From positions 24,738,001 to 24,802,000 of the forward strand of contig NC_091476.1 in assembly GCF_036971445.1 (NCBI RefSeq): a stretch of DNA of 64,000 nt, written 5' to 3'. The DNA is from Narcine bancroftii. Its lineage: Eukaryota. The notes below the pieces were generated by a model. The model made no database searches. It was given only the letters and a program-made list of their open reading frames with translations, and was not told the DNA's origin. This document shows, in pieces, positions 1-11,988 of the stretch. Positions within the stretch are counted from its first letter, which is position 1. The number at the start of each line of letters is the position of its first letter. Both the position numbers and the translations under genes were made by a program.

Positions 1-574
1 CGATTGCCAAATGTGAGGTATTGGATTTAAAGTGCAGTGTGAAGGTGGGACTTGATCTCCAAGTAGTCTGTATGACGTCTTACTAAAAACTTAATTGACC
101 AATCTATCTGAAGCAAGACCATTGGTAAGGATCGGAGCAAGCCGATTTTTGTTTCTACTACTTCTCTTAGCAATGCCAAGCAGGTTCTCTGCCATCTTGG
201 GCAGTGGTACTGAGTGAGAATAGATGGTTTCATGCACAACTATTCCTATTACATCAGAAATATAAACAATATACAGAGTAGCTCTGTGGGTTAAAAAGAA
301 AACAAAAAGTAGTCCAGTTGCCAGCATTTGATCACCATCCTACTCTCCCCTGGAGAAAGTATCCTTATCTTAAATCTACCTGCCAATCTACCAATAATTT
401 AATCAAGGCTCATACATGAATAATATCCAATGGAACAAAATGTGAGAGGACGTGATGATCAGGGAAATAAAAATACTAACTACAAAATTAGAAAGGAGAA
501 GTTAACATTCCTTTAAATTCTCAGATTATTCTTGATTGACAGTCACAAAAGCAATAAAATAAACTTTCTTCTAC

Positions 575-705
575 CTTATCTGCATCCTTCCCGTCAACTA
601 CAAGCAGATCCTCAAATGACCACCATGCCACCTGTTTGTATGCATCACTTTTCTCAGCTTTTTTAAATTTCACAAGGGAAGCTTGATATGGACGATCAGT
701 TGACA
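575..705 (-). CDS. EXOC1-like (Sec3 N-terminal PIP2-binding domain) coding exon 2; the gene continues off the left edge
   Basis: Acceptor ttccttgtgtAG and donor AAG|GTAGAA. 131 nt, entered in phase 1, which matches exon 1. Encodes VSTDRPYQASLVKFKKAEKSDAYKQVAWWSFEDLLVVDGKDADK, colinear with recalled EXOC1 [44 protein letters not shown]. Confidence 0.88.
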
Positions 706-988
706 CTACACAAGGAAAGAAATATGGAATCAATACACCTAATGACAAACTGCTTTGAGGAAAAAAATCTGTTCAAGCTGATTTATTATAAACCACTGAA
801 TTAAACCTTATTTGAATAGATAAAATTTGAGATAGCTTGTAATTTTTCTCCATTATATACCATAAGATCCTAAATTAGGACAAATACCAAGCATATGGTT
901 ATGCAAATACTTGGTCACTTTTTTTTACATATTCATTGCCAATAGTTGAAAATGTATCTCATTTTGCACCATTGTCTTCCTTTTAGCA

Positions 989-1405
989 CAGGGGTCTCCA
1001 AAGTGGTCGATATCGATGGGACTATCCAAGGGGTCGATCATGCCGGCTGGGAGGTGGGGGGTTTGATTGAACTTTTGCAGTGGAAAGCAGGAGCAGATCA
1101 ATGGAAAATAGTGCCTATGGCAGTGGTGGTCAACCTTTCACGAGAATGGGCCTTGGTGGCTGCCATATTGTATTTGGCTTCAGCCTTTGAACAAGTTGAG
1201 AGTTAATGGGAAGATGGACTGAGTGTAGAAGAAAGATGTATGTGTTCTTTGTATCTTTGATAGTGCCCCCATCCAGATCCACCAACGCCACCAACCCCAC
1301 CTCCCCACCCATCCAGCACCGGGATTCCATGCTTGGGGGTCAATGAGGGATCAACTATTCCATGGGGGGGGGGGGTCTATGGTCTAAAAGGTTTGGGGAC
1401 CCCTG
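989..1405. mobile_element. Non-autonomous hAT (Charlie-like) MITE
   Basis: Terminal inverted repeats (TIRs) CAGGGGTCTCCAAA ... TTTGGGGACCCCTG. TAGCA occurs on both flanks (partial TSD). No coding capacity. Confidence 0.7.
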
Positions 1406-3489
1406 TAGCATCACAAATTCCAGATGTGGATAGGTGTGCTAAAATGGAAAAAAATGTGGAATCTAATCCTGACATGGATTTGTGGAAATGTGAAGGGAAC
1501 TAAGGAAATCCACAAGTCAGGTTTCAGTCAGAATGTTCTGCACTGGAGAGGCAAATTAAAAGAAAATAATTTGTTATAACATTTGTTTAGTTACTTATGT
1601 AAATATGTTGAGCAGAAACTACCAGAACCTGAAGAAAGTAGAGAGTGGTACTAATTAATTCCAGCCTCAGCTAATATTTCTGTGCATAACTTGAGGAGAG
1701 TTCAACTATCAGAAATGCTATCTTTCAGACCTTACCTGCCCTTTCAGGTGCACATAGTGGATCCAATAATACTACAATATTTCAAAGGAATTTAGGAAAA
1801 TTATTCTCAACAAATATGAAGCCTTTAATTAATATAATAAATATATTATCTATCTATTTTGCAGACGGTTTTGACCAAAAATATTAGAACATTCTCATCC
1901 AAAGCTATTTCATTGTCTACGAAGCATTTTGCAAGGGCCAGATATTTTGAAAGGATACAAAACCATAAGACTTTGAAATAGAATTAGGCCATTCAACTTA
2001 TCAATTCTGCTCTGCCATTCAAATCACGGGTGACAACATAATTCACCCACCTGATTGACCAACCAAGCACCCCCTGGAAAGAGTCTGCATTTCCCACATA
2101 GGTCACTTCAAACCCCACCAAATCCTAAATGAAATCAAGTCACCCTCAATCCCGAGGTCTTCTGATTTTCCAATTTAAAAAATATTAAAGTTTTATTTCC
2201 TGAGTAGGAAATGATTGAAGGAAATAACTGGATAAAAATCTGCAGGCCCATCTGGGGTCAGAATGAGTTAAATAAATGTTTTTCATTTATACTGATGAAC
2301 ACAAATTTGTATCAAAAAATGGAAGCAAAATGTTGCAGACATGCAAGATTTGAAAATACTTGGATAAAAAGATATGTATGTGTATTCACACTCACTTTAA
2401 AATGACATTTTTCTTCAAAAATGTACAAAGAAAATTCACTGCTCACTTATCCTCATTAATACATTTCTGGCATCTTGTAATAGCAATGCTATTAAATAAA
2501 CCTGAACTGATATTTCAGTGATAAAATTTTAATGCATGATAGTCCCAGAAGGCCAGTAAATGCAACAAGAAAGTATTTTGCAATGTGATAAGTCCATGAG
2601 CTCTTTGTTTAGAAAATTAGGTGAAGGAATTTTGACAACTGCCATAGTAAATCAGAAAAAGAATATGTATGAAAACAATTAATCAGAATGAATTAGATAC
2701 TGTAAATAGTACAGGTGCCAGTGCAGTGAGTGAACGTGGTTTCAAATTCAGTACAGCTGTATATAATTTTAAAAATGCAATGGCAAAATTAATTATGCTT
2801 CTGCAAAAAAAAAAAATCTCATGGTAACAAAGGGTCAAAAAACATATGGGCTACTATCGTGTCATGATAGTTTATGGAAGTACTTCCAATTTGTGCTTGC
2901 TGCAGAATCATCGCCACGAACTTCAATATCCCTCGTGAGGCAAGTTTCCACAACCCCAGTGGTAATCATGAGAAAATTGTCGATGGTTGTCATCAATATT
3001 TTGAGAACTTAAAGCAACTTTGGGATTGCTGTGCATTTGTAAATTAACATGATATATCAAGGATCCTCTCATGCTTCCACTACCTATTCTATCAAGAACA
3101 TTCATACAATTTTCAGGTTTTTAATGAACTAGTTACATTCAAAAACACTTGAAAATTCTACAGGAGGTTAAAGTTTTTTTTCAACTACTGTTATAACTTG
3201 GCAACCTACTTGCTATCCTGTTCCCTCCAACAGAAACCGCACTCTGGCACTGCTGGTCATACAGCAGTCTCACAGCTTCAGTAACGCAGAACCCCAGTGT
3301 TCTGTGAGGAGCTTAAACATTTCTCTGTAATTAGGTGATCTAGTTACTGCCAATATCCCCAAAATATGCTGGAAGGTAGGTGAATTAGCCCCATTAGAAT
3401 AGGGTGGTAGAGAATCAGTGTTGTTAGTGGGCACATGTAAAGCTGTTATTGAAAAAAAATTGAAGAACAGAAAATCTCCAGAGCTGGGG

Positions 3490-4640
3490 CAGACTCATTG
3501 GGCTGAATGGCCTATTCTATAAACAAATTAAACCATAGAACATTACAGCACTGAAAACAGACCCTTCTATGCACCAAGTCCATATTCCTCCATACCACAC
3601 CATATACCTATCTAAATTGTTCTTAAATGATAAAATTGAACCCACATTCACCACTTCAGCTTACAGCTCCCACTACCGTCGGTGTGAAGATATTCCCCCT
3701 CAATGTCTCCCCTTTCACCTTCAACACAATGTATAGTGTGGATTGTGGAGGGTCACGTGACCTCTCCATCTGAAATCTAGTTGGAAGTCACATCACCTGC
3801 TAATCAAAGTTGGATTCCACCTACCTATTAGTGCACACCTGACCACTGGTCTGTTTAATAACCTAGTGATTACCTGGGCTGGACCCTCCAGCTTACTTTA
3901 AAGTCCACCACCTGCAGTAGCTCTTGCTCTTTAGCACTTCTCCATTCCAGGTCGTGAACTGTGGACAACGCTGGAGAAGTTGTTACTAAGGTGTGCACTC
4001 GCAGGAATTGTGGCTGTGAGATAATATTGGAGCCATGCCCCGGTTAGACAAGGAACAGAAGGTAGTGAATTATAATCCTTGTTTGTTATAAGTCTGTATA
4101 CAGTTGCTAGTATCAATAGTGTTAAGTCTGATGTGACTGATAGTACCAGTAAGCGTTATTCCTGTTGCAATCCCCTTGCCTGTGTTTTAATAAAAGTCCT
4201 TCCTGCGTCCGTACTTGTTGCTCTTTGAACCTATTGAACTTTTCCCTTCCAACACGTAATCTTCTGGTTTGTATGTGGCGTAATCAATGGAAGAAGCCTA
4301 TTTGTATTTACTCTATCTAAATGAACCATAACTTTGAATACCTCTATCAAATATCTCCTCATTTTTCTACACTCTGGGAAATAAAATCCTAACCTGTTCA
4401 ACCTTTCCCTACAACTCAGTCCTGGTAACATCCCAGTACAGCACATCTTCTTTTGCACTCTTTCAATTCTTTCATCCTAACTCCAATACTCAATACATGC
4501 ACTTTGATTTAAGAAGGCCAATGTGCCAAATGCTCTCTACGAGCATTTCTATCTGTGGTGATGCTTTCAGATAATTATGTATCTGAATTCCAATTTCCAG
4601 TTCCCTCTTATTTCGCATTCCTCAGTGTCCTACCATATAC
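3490..4640 (-). mobile_element. Decayed CR1-type LINE 3' fragment, interrupted by an LTR-like insertion
   Basis: ORF 4231-4458(-) reads GMLPGLSCRERLNRLGFYFPECRKMRRYLIEVFKVM, matching the typical CR1 ORF2 C-terminus (LSYxERLxxLGLFSLExRRLRGDLIEVYKI). Boundaries approximate. Confidence 0.65.
3730..4254 (+). mobile_element. Probable solo LTR (ERV-like)
   Basis: Starts TGT, contains the GTCACGTGAC palindrome, a TTTAAA TATA-like site and AATAAA near 4189, and sits inside CR1 sequence. No clean TSD found. Confidence 0.35.
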
Positions 4641-6181
4641 CGACTAAAATTAAATGATTAAAATGTTGATTATTAGTTTACAGTTTATTTAAATTCCAGC
4701 TTTTACATCATCATGCTATTTACATGCAAATAATCAATTCCAGAATCACTCAATGCTATTTTCCAGTAATTTCTGGTCTACAGTGGCTTTCCTGTCTGAC
4801 TCTCAATTTATAAACAGAATTAGTATGAAATCTTGTACAAATAGTTGCACTACATTATTTTTACAAACTGCTTCTGAACATACTGAATAACATTCACATT
4901 TTGATCATTTCCACTCCCACTTTTATAGCAAGAAAATTAAAACACCATGAAGGTCCAGTATTGATAGCGAACAAAAACAACATTTGTCTCATCCATTCCA
5001 GTCTAGGTATTTTTCCATTCCATTAGAACTTAACTAACAGGTGTGATGCTGAAAGTATTTTCCAATCAAAATTGAAACTGAAGTACAAACTTGGTTAATT
5101 TCCTTACTTGCACCAAATAGACAAATGATTTGTCTTGCTACAAAAAAAAGGATGTTGCTTTGCAAGATGTAATATCTGGAAAGGCTGTTGCTCAATGCCT
5201 TCACTTGTAATTTCCAAAATGAGGTGTTGCAACCAATTGTATCTTATTAAATGTGGATCAGTGTTTTTTTTCTAAAAAAAAGTGCATCATGAAGTGTCTA
5301 ATATGCGGAGATCACAGAGATTCTGTAGTTACACGGAGAAATTCACTGAGATGGGGAATTTCTGGTACTTAAGATGTACATCTTGCAAAAATATACCCCA
5401 GAAATTGGTATTGATAATAAACAATTTGAAATCAATGACCCAAAATACGAACTTTGCCGTTTGGCACACCTTTTGAAAATATTTTTCAGACAAAATGATA
5501 ACGGTCTCATCTCCATGCAACCTCATTTCGGTACCATTGGGCAGTAGCCGAAAATGTCTTCCCATTCCCGAAAACCCAACGCAATGGGACTGGTTTGTCC
5601 TGCTCTCTGCGTCAGCACTCCAATTGATTTGCAGACAAGTGTTTGCCTCCGAGAGTATCCTCAGGCCGTATGTAGAATTGGGAACAATCGAATGGCCAGG
5701 AAGTACCCTCCAGGTCGCAAACCTGACCTCGCATAGCGTGTTTGGTGTGGGTGAAGCGAGGTGAGAAGAAACAAAAATATCATACCCCCTTTATAAAGGA
5801 CGAGTCATTTCTAATCATCTCGTCTGCATCATGAAAATACTGCAGCCCAGACAGCAGGAGGAATCCCTTAAATGGGTTTTGACAAGATCTAGATGGCAAT
5901 TCTTGTCCTCAGTGGGGACTAGATTCTAGAGGAGCATGGTTTGCGTATCCCTTGGTGGTTTGTGCTCATCTTGGGCCTATGGCAACTCATTAAAGCAGGA
6001 AGCCAAGTCTAACCCATGAAGTTTGATGCATCACCGATGCAGCTCAAGCTCCAAGTCAGAAGGAGCCGGGGAGAGCGGGTGAGGCCGTGGGAAGTGCATG
6101 CGGGTGGTTCAGCGACCGCTGGCACCTGCTCCTCGCCCCCGGAGCCGGGGCTCTCGCCATCCATCCCCCCAGCCCACGCAC

Positions 6182-6305
6182 CTGCGGCGCACAACACGCC
6201 GTTTTTCCGCTTCTTCCCGGCTTTCCAGGCGGGCAACAAGCCCAGGAGCCGTTCCTCCTGCGGCGTAAAGAAGTCCTTCTGCAACTGGTTCCGAATGGCG
6301 ATCAT
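6182..6305 (-). CDS. EXOC1-like first coding exon
   Basis: GCCATG start context. Encodes MIAIRNQLQKDFFTPQEERLLGLLPAWKAGKKRKNGVLCAA, ungapped against recalled EXOC1 [41 protein letters not shown]. Donor GCAG|GTGCGT; 124 nt, phase 1. Confidence 0.9.
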
Positions 6306-6432
6306 GGCAGGTGGAGGAGGAAGGGGCGGGCGGGGGGGGGGGGGTGGAGAGGCGACGGCTGGGCCCAGCTCACGAGGTGTGACCGTCGAGACCTGCCAGG
6401 GGAGTATTGACTGCCGCTGTCAATCGGATAAT

Positions 6433-7589
6433 GAGAGGTGGGAGGGGGGGAGAGGGGGGGAGGGGGGGAGAGGGTGGGCTGGGGGGGGGGGAGAGGGTGG
6501 GCTGGGGGGGGGGGAGAGGGTGGGCTGGGGGGGGAGGTGGTGGGGGGGAGAGGGTGGGCTGGGGGCGAGAGGTGGTGTGGGGGGGAGAGGGTGGGCTGGG
6601 GGCGAGAGGTGCTGGGGGGGGAGAGGGTGGGCTGGGGGGGGAGAGGGTGGGCTGGGGGGGGGGAGAGGGTGGGCTGGGGGGGGGGAGAGGGTGGGCTGGG
6701 GGGGGGAGAGGGTGGGCTGGGGGGGGAGAGGGTGGGCTGGGGGGGGAGAGGGTGGGCTGGGGGGGAGAGGGTGGGCTGGGGGGGGAGAGGGTGGGCTGGG
6801 GGGGGAGAGGGTGGGCTGGGGGGGGAGAGGGTGGGCTGGGGGGGGAGAGGGTGGGCTGGGGGGAGAGGTGGTGGGGGGGAGAGGGTGGGCTGGGGGCGAG
6901 AGGTGGTGTGGGGGGGAGAGGGTGGGCTGGGGAGAGGGTGGGCTGGGGGCGAGAGGTGGTGGGGGGGAGAGGGTGGGCTGGGGGCGAGAGGTGGTGGGGG
7001 GGAGAGGGTGGGCTGGGGGCGAGAGGTGGTGTGGGGGGGAGAGGGTGGGCTGGGGGGGGAGGTGGTGGGGGGGGGGAGAGGTGGTGGGGGGGAGAGGGTG
7101 GGCTGGGGGCGAGAGGTGGTGTGGGGGGGAGAGGGTGGGCTGGGGAGAGGGTGGGCTGGGGGCGAGAGGTGGTGGGGGGGAGAGGGTGGGCTGGGGGCGA
7201 GAGGTGGTGGGGGGGGAGAGGGTGGGCTGGGGGGGGGAGAGGGTGGGCTGGGGGGGGAGAGGGTGGGCTGGGGGGGGGAGAGGGTGGGCTGGGGGGGGGA
7301 GAGGGTGGGCTGGGGGGGGGAGGTGGTGGGGGGGGGAGAGGTGGTGGGGGGGAGAGGGTGGGCTGGGGGCGAGAGGTGGTGGGGGGGGGAGAGGGTGGGC
7401 TGGGGAGAGGGTGGGCTGGGGGCGAGAGGTGGTGGGGGGGAGAGGGTGGGCTGGGGGCAAGAGGTGGTGGGGGGGGAGAGGGTGGGCTGGGGGCGAGAGG
7501 TGGGGGGGGGGAGAGGGTGGGCTGGGGGCGAGAGGTGGGGGGGGGGAGAGGGTGTGCTGGGGGCGAGAGGTGGGGGGGGGGGGGAGAGA
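6433..7589 (+). repeat. G-rich minisatellite with very high G-quadruplex potential
   Basis: Tandem units GAGAGGGTGGGCT(G)n interleaved with CGAGAGGTGGT(GT)(G)n. G-runs vary in length and strand skew is extreme. Confidence 0.95.
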
Positions 7590-7619
7590 CCCACCCAGAC
7601 TACTTTGTTTAAAAACTAG

Positions 7620-7810
7620 AGGAGTTTCCTGCTACACATCCGGCCTCGACCTTCACCAACTGACACGCGCTTCCTGCGAGGGAAATCCTGCGCGTGCAGC
7701 CTCGGCCCCGCCCCCGGACCGCGGCCCCGCCCCTGATTGACAGCCCGCGGCCGGGGATGGATTCGCCATCGGCGGAGTTTGCCTGCCGGGTCCTCCCGTG
7801 ACTCTTGGGG
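7620..7810. promoter_or_regulatory. CpG-rich putative promoter of the EXOC1-like gene
   Basis: Two GC boxes (GGCCCCGCCCC at about 7704 and 7723), ETS-like TTCCTG/ATCCGG sites, and TGATTGACAG at 7734-7743. High CpG density against an AT-rich background. Confidence 0.55.
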
Positions 7811-8699
7811 ACATGTCCAAAGCCGCTCACTTGGTGGGGGGGTTGAAGCTGTCACCAACCAGAGCTTGTTCGTTGAGAAACAAACCCCCTTGTCACCCTC
7901 GCAGGATGGTTTCCTGGACGGAAACTCCCAATGCTTGGGGACTGGGTGGCTCAGGACGCCACGGTCGACACCTCAACACGGGGCGACTGAAGCGGCTCCT
8001 GATGGGGAGTTTGGGTGAGATGGTCTGGGTTTTCTGCTCCTGAGAGAGGATATCTGAATACTCCCAGTGCATGGACTTTGAAGCTTGGGTACCATCCCAA
8101 ATCATTTTTCACCACTTTGAACATTAAGAGCTGGTGATTCTGTGGAGTCCCAATGTTGCATTCTTCCATGGAGACTTTGAGCAGATCTATAAATCTTTTC
8201 TATTAATTGCCTGGTAATCTCTAGGAAAGTTCAGAATCGAGTTTAGGGAGTCTGGTGTTGAGTCTGTGAACAATGTGGTTTTGTTTAATTTAGCCTGAAC
8301 TATAATCCGATGAAACAGCATTCTCTGATCCCCGATGCAAAAATATGCAAACACATACACAAATGATACATATGCAGGACAATAAAACAATAAATACATT
8401 TTGTTGAATAATTACAGGGTCCTGGAGTGCACTTTCAGTCGTTCAGTGTCCTGGAAGATGTGCTTTGATGCAAAGGGGCTGAAGAAACTCAGCAGGTCTC
8501 ACAGCATCCACAGGAGGTAAAGATATATGATCGACATTTCGGGCCTGAGTTTTGATGCAATCCATCACCAGACATTCAAAGCATTTCATAATGGTGGTGG
8601 TCAATGCCACTGGCAGTAGTCATTGAGGCCTGTTACTGTCAATGTTGAAGCAAATCAGTTCCTGTCTGAGTGGCAACATGGACCCATTAAACTTTCACT

Positions 8700-9915
8700 A
8701 CCGCAGCAACAGGTCTATGGCAGCTGCCATCTCACTGGCTTTTCACAAAGCCCTGTAACATCTGGACAGCAATGATGTCTATACATCAGATGCTCTATAT
8801 TAATAACAGTTCGTCATTTAACATCCTCAAAACTAAACAATAAACATGGGCCTCAGTACCCCACTGTGCAGTTAGATCCTGAATTTTCTCACCTCCAGAT
8901 CCCAGTCAGTGCAGGTTAGCAAGAAAATCTCCGTCACAATCTCCATCAGCCCTGGAGTACCACAGGTTTGCGTACTTAGCCCCTGACTCTTCTCGCTCTA
9001 CACCATGACTGTGTGACTCAGTACAACAACAACACCATATAAAAATGTGCTGATGAGACCACCATAGTAGGCTGTATAAAAAGAGGCGATGAATCAAGAT
9101 ACAGGAGGGAGATTGAGACTTGCACCAACAACAACCTTGGATTCAATGTCACCGAAACCAAGTAGACTTTAGGAAAGGAAAACCAGAGGTGCACAATCCA
9201 GTAATCATTGTGGGATTAGAGATGGAGAAGGTGAGCAAATTTAATTCCTGGGAATTACTATCTCAAAGGATTTTTCCTGGAACTAACACACTAATGTCAT
9301 CAGGAAGAAAGCATATCAGCGCCTAAACTTCCTCAGAAGTTTATAGAGGTCTGGTATTGCATTGAAAACCTTGGAAAACTTCTATAGATGTATAGTAAGA
9401 TGTCATGACCTGGTATGGGGGCACCAATATCTTTGAGTGGAAAGTCCTGCAAAAGGTAGTGGACACAGCCCAATACATCACAAGTATAATTCTACCCACC
9501 ATTGAGAAAATCTACATGGACCTCTATCGTCAAGGATCCACATCACCCAGGATGTGCTCTGCTCTGGCTGCTGCCATCAGGAATGGACTGGTGCCATAAT
9601 ACTCATAACTCCAGGTTCCAGATTTGCTGCTATCCCTCAACCATCAGAGTCTTGAACAACAGACTCATTCAGAGACTCGTTTAATGACTCTTGCTTTGCT
9701 CATTATTTATCACTGAATATTTATTTTCAGTATTTGGATAGTCAGTTTGTTCACATTTTCTTTTGTTAACATTTCTTTTGTATACATTTTTCCTTCTTGA
9801 GTACAGTTTTACCAGTAATTAGAAATTTTGTCTGGCCCACAGAATAAAAGAATCTCAGGGTTGTATGTGATGATATATATATATATATATTTTTTTTTTG
9901 ATAATAAATTGGAAA
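8700..9915 (+). mobile_element. Decayed Rex1/Babar-like LINE (RT and 3' part)
   Basis: Degenerate RT motifs (HLD..YIR.L.I..SS.FN; LSP.LFSLYTHDC; K.ADETTIVG) and WYG..LQKVVDTAQYIT, HPG.AL..LLPSG. Boundaries approximate. Confidence 0.7.
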
Positions 9916-10943
9916 TTTGTTCTAATTTGAAGATTATTGCTTTTTACCCTTTAGTCTTTCAACATTACCTCATAGTTAATGAGTTCATTGTGCCTGGTAG
10001 ATGGTATCACTGTCTATAGAACCTTTAAGTCATTACTTAACTCTGATATGATCCCAATCCTAAACATGTCTCTCCTTTTGATAAGACTATTTATTAACTC
10101 TTTCCATGCTCTAGTGTGTTGTGTGTGTCCAGATTATGGACTCTGACCCCGAGAGTTTGACGTAATGACATCAATAAGCATATTTGCAAAAGATAGTTTT
10201 ATCATTTATGAACACTCTCGTATTGCATCCAGAAACATAGTCTTCTCTATTAATATCTTGAGCTACTTTTATTTATTTAATTGTAAATTCATTACTGAAA
10301 GGTAATGCATAGTTTAGTTAAGCTCTAAATGTAAACTATCATCTAGCTTTAAAAAATTCCTTTAATTTTCAAATCTGTGTTATTTAAAATACAAGCATGG
10401 CACTTTCTTCTTTCTTAATGTTATGCTCATTAAAATCTCAAGTTTTGCACTCTAATCGAAGCAAGAGTCACTTGAAGTAAACTACTTGCTATTTACGTAC
10501 TGGCAAAAGCACCTATGTTGTAATCAAATAATATCAATTACTGTCTTCTGATCTCTGTGTGTCATCTGCCAATAGTGGAATATCATTTAAGCATACATCT
10601 TGTTTGTAGGTCACAAATATGTACAGAATTTCATTGAAATTTTGTTTGTATATATTATTGCCACCAGAATTATATCAGGGCAACAATCAAATTTGATTAA
10701 ATATGCATGAGTGTCAGTGGTCTCTGTCCAGTATAAGGCAGCATTGAGGGGGAAAAAGATCAAAGATTTCGAGTTAAGGTAAGCCTTGAAACTCAAATAT
10801 CTTAGTCATCTTCTTGGCCCTGCATCAGTTTTTAATCCAACACTATCCTTTCCTGAAAACCAGCCCTTCCAATCAATAAAGTGCACTTTATGCCATCATC
10901 TTTTGCTCAAATGAACTTCACTGTTAGCTCCTTCACTGGCTTT

Positions 10944-11988
10944 TGTAATTACACCACTAGGCCACCAGGGGTCATCCTGATGACCTTGTATATAAAGCAG
11001 TCCAGAGCTACAGTCTAGCCTTCCAGGTTCGTCTTGCAGAGAGACAAGATCTCTTAGTGTACATATTAGTTTATTAAAGCTGTCTTATACTTGCACTGCT
11101 GGTGTGGTTATTGCCAGTGCAATTTAATAAACTAATATCATAGCTACTAGAATGGAAGCTGCTTCTGCTCCAATGCATGTTCCCAACTACCTGGAGACTC
11201 TTCCTGAGGAATGGAATCCGAGGACGACCAGCACACACGTGCATCTGAGGACAGAGATGGCGAGGGACTGCTGTACTGGAATCGTAGTGGAATATGGGGA
11301 AGACCACAGAAGTACGATAGGGAAGGTAAGAAATGGCTAAGAGCCCTGCCTGCCTGTGGGTTTTCCGGTACAGGCGCCACCGACCCTAAACCCTGGTCCG
11401 ATCAGAAAGGGGCCACTACAAGCACGGGTGGAAGAATCTCTACAAGTCATGCTCCTGATCGCCACATATGTGCACAATTCCTGACCACTCCAGAGCCAGG
11501 AAAAGCAGACACAGCTACCGTCACTTCCCCAGTACCCACGGAGACGTGGCGCTACCGCTGGGATCCCCTCCTAAGCCCGTTGCAAACATCCCAAAGCCAA
11601 AGACTCAGCCAACAGCCCCAAGCACCCAGGTTACTCCTCCAGTAGACACAAGCCCCACAGAGGCTCTACCAGCAGCTCCCAGTACCCTAGGGTCCGCCTA
11701 TGCTACATCTAGACCCAGAGACCACGTGGAGACTAGGAATGACTCCTGGGGTTCCCCCACATTACTTAAGAGACCAGAGACTGTGGCTTAGCCATGTGCT
11801 GCGACCAGACAGGCTGGAGCTTGACCTCATAAATACCGAAGCCGGCATGCACTTCGGCTCCTGGCAGAGATGCTTTCTGAATTACGTGGAGGGTGCTGAG
11901 ACATCAGATAAAGAGCTATTAATGCTGCTGTTAGTGCAGCTGGGAGACCACCCTTACTCCCTTATACAGGATGCCAGGTCCTACCAAG
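10944..11988 (+). mobile_element. 5' part of a Gypsy-type LTR element: LTR (about 10944-11121) plus gag start, cut by a hAT insertion
   Basis: TGT...TATATAAA...ATTAAA...GCA LTR-like block. Downstream peptide VLRPDRLELDLINTEAGMHFGSWQRCFLNYV resembles Gypsy Gag N-termini (LRPxRLxxDP...W..W..cF.Ny). Confidence 0.55.

Noticed and set aside
1-70. Minus-strand peptide SPTFTLHFKS resembling EXOC1 exon 3 (NPEFDLHFEK)
   Set aside because: Weak acceptor, extra residues, no following KWVAS-like motif and truncation by the window edge; probably chance.
6009-6181. C-terminal half of ORF 6009-6305(-)
   Set aside because: EXOC1 similarity stops exactly at the GCAG|GTGCGT donor; the rest is intron read-through.
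6016-7740. Long Gly/Arg/Trp-rich and Pro-rich ORFs (346-574 aa) on both strands
   Set aside because: Artefacts of a stop-free G-rich tandem repeat. They are open in most frames, and variable G-runs show no frame constraint.
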